This document shows, piece by piece, positions 17,527 through 27,573 of a stretch of 64,000 bases of DNA; the first letter of the stretch is position 1, and each line of letters opens with the position of its first letter. The notes below the pieces were generated by a model. It made no database searches. It had not been told where the DNA came from and was given only the letters and a program-made list of their open reading frames with translations. The stretch spans positions 5,444-69,443 of the forward strand of contig CAVGWA010000003.1 of NCBI GenBank assembly GCA_963632935.1, read 5' to 3'. Source of the DNA: Oscillospiraceae bacterium (GTDB taxonomy: Bacteria > Bacillota_I > Bacilli_A > RF39 > UBA660). A program made the position numbers and the translations under genes.

Positions 17527-17808
17527 ATGGCAGTTAAATTAAGACTTTTAAGAATGGGTGCTAAAAGAAAACCATTTTATCGTATCGTTGCTGCTGATTC
17601 AAGAGTTAAAAGAGATGGTAAGTATATTGAACTTGTTGGTACTTACAATCCTGTAACTGATCCAGCAGAAATTAATATTAAAGAAGAAGTTGCATTAAAA
17701 TGGCTTAATAATGGTGCAATTCCAACTGATACTGTAAAAAGTTTATTTAGTAAAAAAGGTATTAATAAAAAATTTCATGAATCTAAACAAAATAAAGAGA
17801 GCAAGTAA
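17527..17808 (+). CDS. rpsP: 30S ribosomal protein S16
   Basis: [26 protein letters not shown] is a near-consensus S16 N-terminus. Confidence 0.95.
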   Translation: MAVKLRLLRMGAKRKPFYRIVAADSRVKRDGKYIELVGTYNPVTDPAEINIKEEVALKWLNNGAIPTDTVKSLFSKKGINKKFHESKQNKESK

Positions 17809-17810
17809 TT

Positions 17811-18053
17811 ATGAAATTAGGTGATTTAACAGAGTTTTTAGTTAAAAACTTAGTAAAAGATACTGATATGGTTTCAGTGAAAGCTTTTGAAGATGAAGAT
17901 TTAATAACTATTGAGGTTTTGGTTAGTGATGATGATATGGGTAGAGTGATTGGAAAAAAAGGTATGATTGCTTCTGCTATTCGCATTATTGTACAAGCTA
18001 GTAGTTATTTAAATAATGAAAAGAAAGTACATATTAATATAGCATCTTTATGA
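17811..18053 (+). CDS. KH domain RNA-binding protein (YlqC family)
   Basis: 80 aa with the GRVIGKKG KH motif (GxxG loop). It sits in the conserved position downstream of rpsP. Confidence 0.85.
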   Translation: MKLGDLTEFLVKNLVKDTDMVSVKAFEDEDLITIEVLVSDDDMGRVIGKKGMIASAIRIIVQASSYLNNEKKVHINIASL

Positions 18054-18076
18054 TGCTTTTTTTCTAAGGGGGATTT

Positions 18077-18676
18077 ATGGAAAGTCAATTGATTGTAGTG
18101 AATATTGGTTTGAAAAATATTATGGAAATATATGAGAATAATAAGCTTTTAAGAACTATTGATACTGTTTGGATTGGAAAAAATGGTGTGGCTGAGGCTG
18201 AGAATATTGTTGAATTTGATGGTAAGACACCACTTGGACTTTTTAATTTGGGTGTTGCTTTTGGTATGCATGATTTGAATATAGATTATCCTTATATTAA
18301 AGTTAAGGATAATGATTATTGGGTAGATGATTATAAGTCTTATCATTATAATTATATGGTAAGGTTGGGAGAGGATATTGATAATTTTTCTTATTCTTAT
18401 ATAACTAAAGAAGATGAAAGGTCTTTTGAATCTGCGGAACATTTAATTGATTATAAAAAACAATATGAATATTCGGTATTTATAGAATTTAATTCTAAAG
18501 GCCAAATTAATAATGGGATTGGAAATAATAAGGGTTCTGCTATATTTTTACATTGTTTAGGTGATAAGGGATATACTGGTGGATGTGTAGCTGTTTCTAG
18601 TGATGATATGAGGTATATTATAAATTATTTGAAGAAAGATAAAAATCCTCAAATTCTTATAAAAAAATCTTGTTGA
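18077..18676 (+). CDS. L,D-transpeptidase (YkuD-like) family protein
   Basis: The C-terminal GSAIFLHCLGDKGYTGGCVAVSSDDMRYI resembles the His...Gly-Cys catalytic block of the YkuD/ErfK fold. Confidence 0.55.
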   Translation: MESQLIVVNIGLKNIMEIYENNKLLRTIDTVWIGKNGVAEAENIVEFDGKTPLGLFNLGVAFGMHDLNIDYPYIKVKDNDYWVDDYKSYHYNYMVRLGEDIDNFSYSYITKEDERSFESAEHLIDYKKQYEYSVFIEFNSKGQINNGIGNNKGSAIFLHCLGDKGYTGGCVAVSSDDMRYIINYLKKDKNPQILIKKSC

Positions 18677-18770
18677 ACATTTCATTTATTTGAAGTGTTT
18701 TTTTAAAAATATTGCATTGTTTTATCATAAAAAATATATTATAATGTTTTATAGATAGCGAGGTAGTTAA

Positions 18771-19502
18771 ATGGATTATAAAAATTTAAAAATTCCAAAC
18801 CATGTGGCTTTAATTGTTGATGGTAATGGAAGATGGGCTAGTGAAAGAGGAAAACAAAGAAGTGCAGGACATGAAGCTGGTTTTATTAATTTACAAAAAT
18901 TAACAAGTTATATTTATTCGAAAAATATCAAATATGTAAGTGCTTATCTTTTTTCAACTGAAAATTTTAAAAGAAGTGAAAAAGAAGTAAATTTTATTAT
19001 GAATTTGTTAACTGGAAAGTTAAAAGAAATTTTGCAGTTTTGTCATAGTGAACATATTCATGCTATTTTTTCGGGCAGAAGAGAAAATCTTTCTAGTAAA
19101 GTAGTTAAGGCCATGGAAGAAATTGAAAGAGAAACAGATACATATAAAGATAGAATTTTTAATATTTGTTTTAATTATGGTTCTAGAGCTGAGATTGTTG
19201 ATGCTACTAAGAAAATTGTTTCAGATGTTAATAATGGGTTACTTGATTTAGATAAATTAGATGAAAATATTTATCATAAATATTTATATCAAGATATTCC
19301 TGATGTTGATTTAATGATTAGGACTAGTGGTGAAGAAAGGTTAAGTAATTTTATGTTATGGCAAAATTCTTATGCTGAATTTTACTTTCCTAAGGTTTAT
19401 TTTCCTGATTTCAATGAAGAAGAATTTGATAAAGCTATTTTAGAATATACGAAGCGAGATAGAAGATTTGGAGGAATTGATTATGAAAACAAGAGTAATT
19501 AG
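18771..19502 (+). CDS. uppS: Isoprenyl transferase (undecaprenyl diphosphate synthase)
   Basis: HVALIVDGNGRWA, AYLFSTENFKR, RTSGEERLSNFMLWQ. Confidence 0.92.
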   Translation: MDYKNLKIPNHVALIVDGNGRWASERGKQRSAGHEAGFINLQKLTSYIYSKNIKYVSAYLFSTENFKRSEKEVNFIMNLLTGKLKEILQFCHSEHIHAIFSGRRENLSSKVVKAMEEIERETDTYKDRIFNICFNYGSRAEIVDATKKIVSDVNNGLLDLDKLDENIYHKYLYQDIPDVDLMIRTSGEERLSNFMLWQNSYAEFYFPKVYFPDFNEEEFDKAILEYTKRDRRFGGIDYENKSN

Positions 19503-20283
19503 TGCGATTGTCGCTCTTATTATAGTTATTCCATTAATATTATCTGGTGGTATGGCGTATAATATTGGAGTATATATTATTTCAATGCTTGCTTTAAAAG
19601 AATTTTTAGATATAAAATTGGTAAAAAAACAATTACCAATTTTCATTCAATTAATTGCATATATTTTTATGACTTTAATAATATTTATGGATGTAAATGT
19701 TTCAAGTTCAATATTTAGTTTAGATTATAGGGTGTTGTCTGCTTTATTTATGGCTTTTTTAATACCAACTGTTTTATATCATGAAAAAACTAAATATAGT
19801 ATTAATGATGCTTTTTATTTAATAGGCGGATTAATATTTTTAAGTATTTCGATGTCACTTTTAATTCTTGTTAGAAATAAAGGATTGAATTTACTTATAT
19901 TTTTGTTATTAATTCCTATGATTACAGATACTTTTGCTTATATTACAGGTATGCTTATTGGTAAAAATAAACTTCTTGAAGAAATTTCACCTAAAAAAAC
20001 GGTGGAAGGTATGATTGGTGGTACTTTGATGGGTGTATTTATTAGTGCAATGTTTTATCACACTGTAATTGATCCTACATTTTCAAAGGTTAGTTTAGTT
20101 GCTATATGTACATTTTTATCTATATTAGGTCAATATGGTGATTTAGTGTTTTCCGCAATTAAAAGATATTTTGGTAAAAAAGATTTTTCTAATATTATGC
20201 CAGGCCATGGGGGCATTTTGGATAGACTTGACAGTATAATATTTGTATTATTAGGCTTTATGTTTTTTATAAATATTTTATAG
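19483..20283 (+). CDS. cdsA: Phosphatidate cytidylyltransferase
   Basis: Polytopic membrane protein with SPKKTVEG and the GHGGILDRLDS signature. GGAGGA RBS at 19470-19475, so the start is the ATG at 19483. Confidence 0.88.
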   Translation: MKTRVISAIVALIIVIPLILSGGMAYNIGVYIISMLALKEFLDIKLVKKQLPIFIQLIAYIFMTLIIFMDVNVSSSIFSLDYRVLSALFMAFLIPTVLYHEKTKYSINDAFYLIGGLIFLSISMSLLILVRNKGLNLLIFLLLIPMITDTFAYITGMLIGKNKLLEEISPKKTVEGMIGGTLMGVFISAMFYHTVIDPTFSKVSLVAICTFLSILGQYGDLVFSAIKRYFGKKDFSNIMPGHGGILDRLDSIIFVLLGFMFFINIL

Positions 20284-20294
20284 GAGGTTTTTAA

Positions 20295-21332
20295 ATGACA
20301 TTAATATATTTTATTATAATATTAGGAATTATTATATTGATTCATGAATTTGGTCATTTCATATTTGCTAAAAAAGCTGGTATATATGTTTATGAATTTT
20401 CAATTGGTATGGGACCTAGAATTTTTAAGTGGACAAGGAAAGATGATGAAACCGAATATTCAGTTAGATTGATTCCAATTGGTGGTTTTGTTCAAATGGC
20501 TGGTGAAGAAATTGATGATGATGAATCAGTTCCTAGAGATAAAAAGTTTTCTGTTAAAACGTTTGGACAAAAGTTTATGACAGTTATAGCTGGTATTATG
20601 AATAATTTTATTTTAGCTATTGTTTTATTTTTCTTGTTTTCTTTGTTTAATGGGGCTCCTCAAAATAAAGCAATTGTTGGTGAGGTTAGTAGTGATTTTC
20701 CTGCATATACGTCTGGTTTACAAAGTGGTGATCAGATTGTTAAGTTAAATGGTAAAAATGCGAGTAGTTATGATTTACTTGCTTTGGAACTTCAAGTTAA
20801 TAGTGGTGATGAAATTTCTTTAGAAATTTTTAGAAATGGTGAGACTAAAACAGTTAATATAAAGCCTAAAAAGGTTAAAGTTGATGGGAAGGTTACTTAT
20901 AAGTATGGATTTGGTATAAATGACGAGGTGAAAAAAGGTTTTATTCCTTCAGTTATATATGCTTTTTCTAAGACTATTAGTTTAGTTCATCAAATGATTT
21001 TGATAATTGTTTATTTATTTACTGGTAACTTAGGAATTAATTCTTTAGCTGGTCCTGTTGGCATTTTTAATGTTGTAGGGTCTGCTAGTAGTGCTGGTTT
21101 TTGGTCACTTGTTAGTTTAACAGCGTTTTTAAGTATTAATGTTGGTTTTATTAATTTGCTTCCTTTACCAGCATTTGATGGTGGTAGATTACTTTTTGTT
21201 ATTATTGAAAAGATAAAAGGTAAGCCAGTTGATCCTAAATTTGAAAATACTATTCATGCAATTGGATTTTTCTTACTAATGGCTTTGATGCTTTATATTA
21301 CATATAATGACATTATTAAATTAGTTAAATAG
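20295..21332 (+). CDS. rseP: RIP site-2 metalloprotease RseP/RasP
   Basis: HEFGHF (HExxH) in TM1, a PDZ region, and the NLLPLPAFDGG motif. Confidence 0.9.
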   Translation: MTLIYFIIILGIIILIHEFGHFIFAKKAGIYVYEFSIGMGPRIFKWTRKDDETEYSVRLIPIGGFVQMAGEEIDDDESVPRDKKFSVKTFGQKFMTVIAGIMNNFILAIVLFFLFSLFNGAPQNKAIVGEVSSDFPAYTSGLQSGDQIVKLNGKNASSYDLLALELQVNSGDEISLEIFRNGETKTVNIKPKKVKVDGKVTYKYGFGINDEVKKGFIPSVIYAFSKTISLVHQMILIIVYLFTGNLGINSLAGPVGIFNVVGSASSAGFWSLVSLTAFLSINVGFINLLPLPAFDGGRLLFVIIEKIKGKPVDPKFENTIHAIGFFLLMALMLYITYNDIIKLVK

Positions 21333-21340
21333 GAGCTTTG

Positions 21341-21727
21341 ATGGATAGTAAAATTTTTAAGCTAATAATTTTAGTTTTAGCAATTTTGATTTTTCTTGTT
21401 GTAGGAACTAATAATGATAGGCAAAAATTAACAATTATTAATAAGACAGAGGATTTAACAAATGTTTTGAAGACTAAAGGTATTGTTATAATTGATATTA
21501 GAACTAATAGTGAATATAAAGAAAGTCATATTCCTAGTGCTATTAATATTCCATATAATGAGTTAAAAAGTAGATTGAAATATAGCGTAAATACACCAAT
21601 TTTGGTTTATTCTAAAAATGATTCTCGTAGTCATTTAGCTGCTTTGCAATTGAAAAAAATGAATTATAAAACTATTTATGAGCTAGGTGATATGCAAAAA
21701 TATGATGGAAAGTTAAGCAAAAGTTAA
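21341..21727 (+). CDS. Membrane-anchored rhodanese-homology domain protein (catalytic Cys replaced)
   Basis: N-terminal hydrophobic anchor and rhodanese-like blocks (IIDIRTNSEYKESHIPSAINIP). The active-site position reads VYSKNDSRS (Ser instead of Cys). Confidence 0.65.
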   Translation: MDSKIFKLIILVLAILIFLVVGTNNDRQKLTIINKTEDLTNVLKTKGIVIIDIRTNSEYKESHIPSAINIPYNELKSRLKYSVNTPILVYSKNDSRSHLAALQLKKMNYKTIYELGDMQKYDGKLSKS

Positions 21728-21739
21728 TGCTTTCTATTT

Positions 21740-21825
21740 GTATGGGTGGCGGAATGGTAGACGCGCTACTTTGAGGGGGTAGTGAGGGAAACCTTGTGCG
21801 AGTTCAACTCTCGTCCCATGCACCA
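21740..21825 (+). tRNA. tRNA-Leu (anticodon GAG), type II with a long variable arm and encoded CCA
   Basis: Acceptor gtatggg pairs with cccatgc. D arm gcg/cgc. Anticodon stem ctact/ggtag with loop ttGAGgg. The variable arm is about 15 nt. T arm gcgag-ttcaact-ctcgt. Discriminator A followed by CCA. Confidence 0.85.
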
Positions 21826-21904
21826 ACTTTTAATATTTTAAATTATGGAAGTTTTGTTATATTAAAAAATGTACTAAATTTTTAGTACACATTTTATATT
21901 GTAA

Positions 21905-22333
21905 TTAATTTAAAAGGTATATTTCAAATGATAAGTAACATGCAAATATAAGCCATATTAGATATGGTATATTAAGGTACGTGGATATTTTGTTTATCTT
22001 ATAAAAGTTATTAATCATTATTATAACGATTATTATTAATAAAATTATCCAAATAAATGATAGCAAGTATAGTTTGAATACAAAGAAAATTATTGGCCAT
22101 AGGTTGTTTATTATTAAATTAGTATAGTATATATATTTATTATTGTTTTTTTGTAAATAAAAGCTTATGCCTATTAATATATATAAAACAGTCCATACAA
22201 TTGGGAAAATAATTCCAGGTGGAGCTAGTTTTGGTTTATATAAATCTTGGTAGTTCATAAATGGATTAATAATTAGACTTATAATTATTCCTATAATTAA
22301 TGGTAGTGCAATGTCTTTTAATAATTTTTTCAT
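21905..22333 (-). CDS. TspO/MBR family (tryptophan-rich sensory protein-like) membrane protein
   Basis: 142 aa with 5 TM helices. The KPKLAPPGIIFPIVWTVLYILIG block resembles TspO. Confidence 0.55.
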   Translation of the reverse strand: MKKLLKDIALPLIIGIIISLIINPFMNYQDLYKPKLAPPGIIFPIVWTVLYILIGISFYLQKNNNKYIYYTNLIINNLWPIIFFVFKLYLLSFIWIILLIIIVIIMINNFYKINKISTYLNIPYLIWLIFACYLSFEIYLLN

Positions 22334-22412
22334 TTAATCACCTGTTAATAGTATATGTTAATAAAATAAAAATATAATATTTTTAAGTAATTATTAGAAA
22401 GGATGAGAAGTT

Positions 22413-22754
22413 ATGGGAATGCTTACTAAAAGTAAAAGAGGAGAAAATGATCCAATTAGTTTTAATTTTGATGATATGAATTTTTCTATTTCTTTTGATA
22501 ATATTGATAAAAAAGTAAAGTTAGATGAGAAAAGTTTAAAGTTACTTGAAGAAGCTATTAAAGTAAATGATGAATTAATTAAAACTGATAAAAAGATATG
22601 TTCTGGTGATTATAAAGTTTTTTTAAAAAATGATGATACTAGTAGTTTATGGATTAAAGCATTTGATAAGTTATTAGAATATAAACTAATTCGTAAAGAT
22701 AATTTAAATTATGTTGTTACAGATAAAGGTAAAAAATATTTGAATAAATTGTAG
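22413..22754 (+). CDS. Hypothetical protein (113 aa), possibly with a C-terminal winged-helix
   Basis: ORF with an AAGGATGAG-like RBS. No recognisable motif. The C-terminal LEYKLIRKDNLNYVVTDKGKKYL is wHTH-like. Confidence 0.45.
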   Translation: MGMLTKSKRGENDPISFNFDDMNFSISFDNIDKKVKLDEKSLKLLEEAIKVNDELIKTDKKICSGDYKVFLKNDDTSSLWIKAFDKLLEYKLIRKDNLNYVVTDKGKKYLNKL

Positions 22755-22865
22755 TGTTTAATTGGTGCTTTAAAACACCGTTTGTTGATTTATTTTCATT
22801 TTCTTTTTTTCTTGAAAGAAATATTAGACTGGTTTATAATGATTATTAGGATAGAGGGTGTTTGA

Positions 22866-23930
22866 ATGGAATATATTATAATTGGTTTGTTAGTTGTTAT
22901 TTTAATTGTTAGTATTATTGCTTTAACAAAAAATGTTAATGAATCTAATATTACTGAAAGATTAGGCAAATTAGAAACTGAGATGGTTAAATCTTTGGGT
23001 AATTTTAAGAGTGATATTAATAAAAATTTAACTGATGATTTTAATAATTTAAATGAAAGAATTGATTATAGATTAAATTTAATTAATGATAAGGTTAATG
23101 AAAGGTTGGATCAAAATTTTGAAAGAACTAATAAAACATTTACCTCTGTTTTAGAAAGACTTTCTAAGATTGATGAGGCTCAAAAGAAGATTGATACTTT
23201 ATCTAATGATATTGTTTCTCTTCAAACGGTACTTACTGATAAGAAAACAAGAGGTATTTTCGGCGAGGTTAATTTAAAACATATTTTAGTTAGTGTTTTT
23301 GGTGAAGGAAAGGATAATATTTATAGATTACAATATACTTTAAGTAATGGTACTATTGCAGATAGTGTTTTATTTGCTCCTGAACCTATTGGATTAATTG
23401 CGATTGATTCTAAATTTCCTTTGGAAGATTATCAGGCAATGGTTGATAAAAAAAATCCTAATAAGGCTTTATCTGAACGTAAATTTAAAACTGATATGAA
23501 AAAACATATTGATGCTATCGCATCTAAATACATTATTCCAGGTGAAACTACGGATCAAGCTATACTTTTTTTGCCAGCTGAAGCTATTTTTGCGGAGGTT
23601 AATGCTTATCATCAAGATGTGATTGATTATGCTTATAATAAAAGGGTTTGGATATGTGGACCTACTACTTTAATGAGTACTTTAACTACTTTACAGGTTA
23701 TTATGAAGAATGTTGAAAGGGATAAATATACTAAGGTTATTCATCAAGAATTAAAGCTTTTAGATGTTGAATTTAAAAGATATAAAGATAGATGGGATAA
23801 GCTTTCAAGAAGTATTGATTCTGTTAGTAAAGATGTTAAAGATATTCATACAACTACAGATAAGATTACTAAAAGATTTAATGCGATTAATGGTGTAGAG
23901 ATAGAGGAGATAAGTCATGAAGAGGATTAA
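22866..23930 (+). CDS. rmuC: DNA recombination protein RmuC
   Basis: N-terminal TM helix, coiled coil, RGIFGEVNLKHIL and ILFLPAEAIFAE blocks typical of RmuC. Confidence 0.85.
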   Translation: MEYIIIGLLVVILIVSIIALTKNVNESNITERLGKLETEMVKSLGNFKSDINKNLTDDFNNLNERIDYRLNLINDKVNERLDQNFERTNKTFTSVLERLSKIDEAQKKIDTLSNDIVSLQTVLTDKKTRGIFGEVNLKHILVSVFGEGKDNIYRLQYTLSNGTIADSVLFAPEPIGLIAIDSKFPLEDYQAMVDKKNPNKALSERKFKTDMKKHIDAIASKYIIPGETTDQAILFLPAEAIFAEVNAYHQDVIDYAYNKRVWICGPTTLMSTLTTLQVIMKNVERDKYTKVIHQELKLLDVEFKRYKDRWDKLSRSIDSVSKDVKDIHTTTDKITKRFNAINGVEIEEISHEED

Positions 23931-24459
23931 TTATTTATTTTATGTTGTGATTTTAGTTTGTGCTTTTACTACTATTTTTACTGAATTAGATAAAGGTATT
24001 GTTATTATTTTAAAGGATTCGAGTATTGTTTTAACTGCTGGTATACCTTTTATTTTTAATAAAATATTTAATCGTAAGTTAAGTGATGGATTTATTTTCG
24101 TTTGGCTTATATTTATTTTTATGGCTCATTATTTAGGTGTAATTTATGAAGGGTATAATAAGTGGCCTATATATGATAAGCTAACGCATACAATGTCTGG
24201 TTTTTTAACAGCTTATGTTGCTTTACTTTTTATTCCTAAGAAAAGTGATAAGATATGGTTTAATGTTTTATTTATGATTGCTTTTAGCTGGATGTGTGCG
24301 GGATTATGGGAAACATTTGAATTTGTTTGTAATTTACTTCTTGGTGGTGATGCTCAAAGAGTTCAAGCTACTGGTGTTACGGATACAATGATGGATATGA
24401 TAGTCGCATTTATGGGTGCTAGTATATTTAGTATTGGTTATATTAAAAAAAGTAAGTAA
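23917..24459 (+). CDS. Polytopic membrane protein, family not confidently recognised
   Basis: About 5 TM helices. Overlaps the rmuC end by 14 nt, which suggests translational coupling. Confidence 0.5.
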   Translation: MKRINYLFYVVILVCAFTTIFTELDKGIVIILKDSSIVLTAGIPFIFNKIFNRKLSDGFIFVWLIFIFMAHYLGVIYEGYNKWPIYDKLTHTMSGFLTAYVALLFIPKKSDKIWFNVLFMIAFSWMCAGLWETFEFVCNLLLGGDAQRVQATGVTDTMMDMIVAFMGASIFSIGYIKKSK

Positions 24460-24513
24460 AAAGCTATATTTTTAAGTTTTTTTGCTTTATAATTATGATA
24501 AAGGGGTGATACG

Positions 24514-26640
24514 ATGGAAGAAAAAGTATTGGAAATTATTAGTAATCATAATAAAGCCTTAAGTTATGATGAGATATTAGAAAAATTAGATGATAATGAG
24601 ATTCCGTATTTAGCTGAAGTTTTAAATAAATTAGTTAAAGATTTAAAGGTTAGATTTACTAAGAAGGGTAAGTTTGTTAAGTTTGATGATAATTCACAAA
24701 AAATTGGTATATTTGCGGGTAATAGAAAAGGCTTTGGTTTTGTTATTATTGATGGTGAGTCAAAGGATTATTTTATTCCTAGGAATAATGTTAATGGTGC
24801 TGTTGATGGTGATGAAGTTGTTATTAAAGTATTAGATGAAGGAAAACATGAAGCTACAGTTGAAAGAGTTAATAAACGTAATTTAAATAATTTGCTTGTT
24901 GGTGAATTTTATAAGAAAGATGATAAAAACTTTTTAAAGTTAGATAATGAAAAGTTAAATATTTTAGTTGAAATTAAAGAAGAAGATTCTATGGGGGCTG
25001 TTAGTGGCCATAAGGTTGTTGTTAAAATAGAAAATAAAATTGAAAAAAGTAATTATTATCAAGGAAAGGTTATTAGAATTTTAGGACATAAGGATGATCC
25101 TGGTGTGGATATTTTATCTATTGCAGCTAGGTATAATATTAATGATGTATTTTCTGATGAAGTTTTGGCTGAACTTGATAATATTCCTGATGAGGTTGCT
25201 AAAAATGATCTTAAAGGTAGACGTGATTTAACGGGTGAGGTTATTTTTACAATTGATGGTGATGATACCAAAGATATTGATGATGCTGTTAGTATTAAAA
25301 AATTAGAAAACGGTAATTATTTATTAGGTGTTCATATTGCAGATGTTTCACATTATGTTAAAGAAGGAACGGCTTTAGGCGATGAGGCTTACGCAAGAGG
25401 AACTAGTAGTTATTTAGCTAATACTGTTATTCCTATGCTTCCACATAAACTTTCAAATGGAATTTGTTCTTTAAATCCTAATGTAGTAAGACTTGCTATT
25501 TCATGTATTATGGAATTTGATAGTAATGGTAAAATTGTTGATAGTGATATTTTTGAAAGTTATATTAAATCTAGAAAACAAATGACTTACAAATGCGTTA
25601 ATAAAATATTGGTTGACAATGTTGTCCCTGAGGGTTATGAAGAATTTGAAGCTGATTTACGTTTAATGAATGAACTTTCACATATTATTAGAAAAAGAAA
25701 AATTGAAAAAGGATATTTGGATTTTGATGTGCCTGAAGCTAAAATTATTACTGATGAAAATGGAAAAGCAATTGATATTCAAAAAAGAATTCAAAGTGAA
25801 GGTGAAAATTTAATTGAAGACTTTATGATTTCTGCAAATGAAACGGTTGCTAGTACAATTTCTTATATGGATCTTCCTTTTATATATCGTGTTCATGGCA
25901 CGCCTGATCAAGATAAGATTAAAAATTTCTTACATTTTGTATCTGTTTTAGGTTATAAAGTAAATGCTAATGTAAAAAGTATTACACCTAAAACAATTCA
26001 AAATATTTTATCACAACTTAAAGATAAAAAAGAATATAATATTTTATCAGCTATGCTTTTAAGAAGTATGCAAAAGGCTGTTTATGATAATGTTAATATT
26101 GGTCATTTCGGATTAGCTAGTAAATTTTATACTCATTTTACATCTCCAATTAGAAGATATCCTGATTTAACTGTTCATAGACTTTTAAGAACTTATTTAT
26201 TTAATCACAGTATTGATAATCAAACTGTTAATTATTATTCTACAGAACTTCCTGTGATTGCTAAACATTCATCTGAAAGGGAACAAGCTGCTACGCAATG
26301 TGAACGTGATGTTGATGATATGAAGATGGCTGAATATATGGAAGGTCATATTGGAGAGAGTTTTAAAGGTGTTATTAGTACTGTTACTAATTATGGTATT
26401 TATGTAGAACTTGATAATTTAGTTGAAGGCATGATTAAAATAGATGCTTTAGACGATGATTATTATTTCTACGATGAAAGTTCATTTAGTTTAATTGGAA
26501 GACGATCTAAGAAAAAATATATGCTTGGTGATAAGATTAATATTACTGTTGATAGTGTAATAAAAGATAAGGGACTTATTAATTTTAAATTATACAAAGG
26601 TGATCAAAATGGAGATAAACAACAGAAAAGCAAAGCATGA
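24514..26640 (+). CDS. rnr: Ribonuclease R
   Basis: Cold-shock-like OB N-terminus, RNB domain ([40 protein letters not shown]) and a C-terminal S1 domain. Confidence 0.92.
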   Translation: MEEKVLEIISNHNKALSYDEILEKLDDNEIPYLAEVLNKLVKDLKVRFTKKGKFVKFDDNSQKIGIFAGNRKGFGFVIIDGESKDYFIPRNNVNGAVDGDEVVIKVLDEGKHEATVERVNKRNLNNLLVGEFYKKDDKNFLKLDNEKLNILVEIKEEDSMGAVSGHKVVVKIENKIEKSNYYQGKVIRILGHKDDPGVDILSIAARYNINDVFSDEVLAELDNIPDEVAKNDLKGRRDLTGEVIFTIDGDDTKDIDDAVSIKKLENGNYLLGVHIADVSHYVKEGTALGDEAYARGTSSYLANTVIPMLPHKLSNGICSLNPNVVRLAISCIMEFDSNGKIVDSDIFESYIKSRKQMTYKCVNKILVDNVVPEGYEEFEADLRLMNELSHIIRKRKIEKGYLDFDVPEAKIITDENGKAIDIQKRIQSEGENLIEDFMISANETVASTISYMDLPFIYRVHGTPDQDKIKNFLHFVSVLGYKVNANVKSITPKTIQNILSQLKDKKEYNILSAMLLRSMQKAVYDNVNIGHFGLASKFYTHFTSPIRRYPDLTVHRLLRTYLFNHSIDNQTVNYYSTELPVIAKHSSEREQAATQCERDVDDMKMAEYMEGHIGESFKGVISTVTNYGIYVELDNLVEGMIKIDALDDDYYFYDESSFSLIGRRSKKKYMLGDKINITVDSVIKDKGLINFKLYKGDQNGDKQQKSKA

Positions 26641-27043
26641 TTATCAAATATTTGAAACTATCGAAGCAGGAATTGTTTTAACGGGAACTGAAATTAAATC
26701 ATTAAAAGATGGTAGGGCTAATATTAAAGATAGTTATGCAATTATTAAAAAAAATGAAATATTTCTTTTAAATATGCATATTAGTTGTTATGAAAATGGT
26801 AATAGATTTAACCATGAAGAGGAAAGAACTAGAAAATTATTATTACATAAAAAAGAAATATTAAAATATAAAGATAAAATTAAATTAGAAGGTTATACTT
26901 TAGTTCCTTTAAAAGTATATTTAGTTAAAGGAAAAGCTAAAATATTAATTGGTCTTGCTAAAGGTAAAAAAAATTACGATAAGAGGCAAGATATTAAAAA
27001 AAGAGATATTGAAAGAGATATTAGAGCTAGATTAAAAAAATAA
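26609..27043 (+). CDS. smpB: SsrA-binding protein SmpB
   Basis: [25 protein letters not shown].. and the basic C-terminal tail. Overlaps the rnr 3' end. Confidence 0.92.
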   Translation: MEINNRKAKHDYQIFETIEAGIVLTGTEIKSLKDGRANIKDSYAIIKKNEIFLLNMHISCYENGNRFNHEEERTRKLLLHKKEILKYKDKIKLEGYTLVPLKVYLVKGKAKILIGLAKGKKNYDKRQDIKKRDIERDIRARLKK

Positions 27044-27045
27044 TT

Positions 27046-27073
27046 TTGAAAACAAACTTTTATATGATACAAT
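27046..27073 (+). promoter_or_regulatory. Promoter candidate for ssrA
   Basis: TTGAAA (27046-27051), a 16-nt spacer, and the extended -10 TGaTACAAT (27065-27073). Confidence 0.45.
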
Positions 27074-27086
27074 ATAAGAGTTTTAT

Positions 27087-27438
27087 GGGCACGTTTTTGG
27101 TTTCGACAAAGATATGGAGATTTAAATTGCAAGTCGGAGTGACACGTCAAGTCTAAACTTAAATATAACTGGAAACAGAAATAATTTAGTACCAACTTAC
27201 GCCTAAGGTTGGCGAGGTACACTCTTTTAATTTTTTAACTTTCGGAAAATTTTAAGGGTTCGCTTTTAGAAAGTTATATCATTATTTAGCCTAGGGATAA
27301 TGATGAATTTTATAGGCTTACTAATAAAGTAGTTGTCTGTTACTATTCTTTATTAGGAAATTATTTAATAGACTAAACTTGTAGATATTTCTTTTAAAGT
27401 ATTTTTGGACAGGAGTTCGACTCTCCTCGTGTCCACCA
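27087..27438 (+). ncRNA. ssrA: tmRNA (SsrA)
   Basis: The 5' gggcacg pairs with the 3' cgtgtcc and includes a G3:U pair. GGTTTCGAC box. T-arm-like ggacaggagttcgactctcctc followed by ACCA. The tag ORF, by analogy with the B. subtilis CUUAAAUAUAACU|GGC context, runs from GGA at 27171 to GCC at 27203 with stop TAA at 27204-27206. The stop lies in the loop of hairpin ccaac..gttgg. Confidence 0.9.
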
Positions 27439-27451
27439 AATAAGTATTTAT

Positions 27452-27473
27452 TCCTTGATTTTCAAGGATTTTT
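27452..27473 (+). terminator. Rho-independent terminator of ssrA
   Basis: Stem tccttga (27452-27458) / tcaagga (27462-27468), followed by T5. Confidence 0.65.
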
Positions 27474-27573
27474 ATTTTATTAAAATACTTTTTGAGATGA
27501 TTATTTGTATTTAAAGGTTGTTTTCATTTTTGCTTAATGTTATACTAGGTGTGGTAGTTAGAAGGTAGATGTT

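Noticed and set aside
19483-21332. Absence of dxr between cdsA and rseP, considered as evidence for loss of the MEP isoprenoid pathway.
   Set aside because: Gene absence from one window says nothing about the rest of the genome. It is used only as a synteny observation.
26974-27222. A minus-strand 82-aa ORF spanning the smpB 3' end and the tmRNA 5' half.
   Set aside because: The region is fully explained by smpB and the tmRNA gene, and the ORF is antisense to both.
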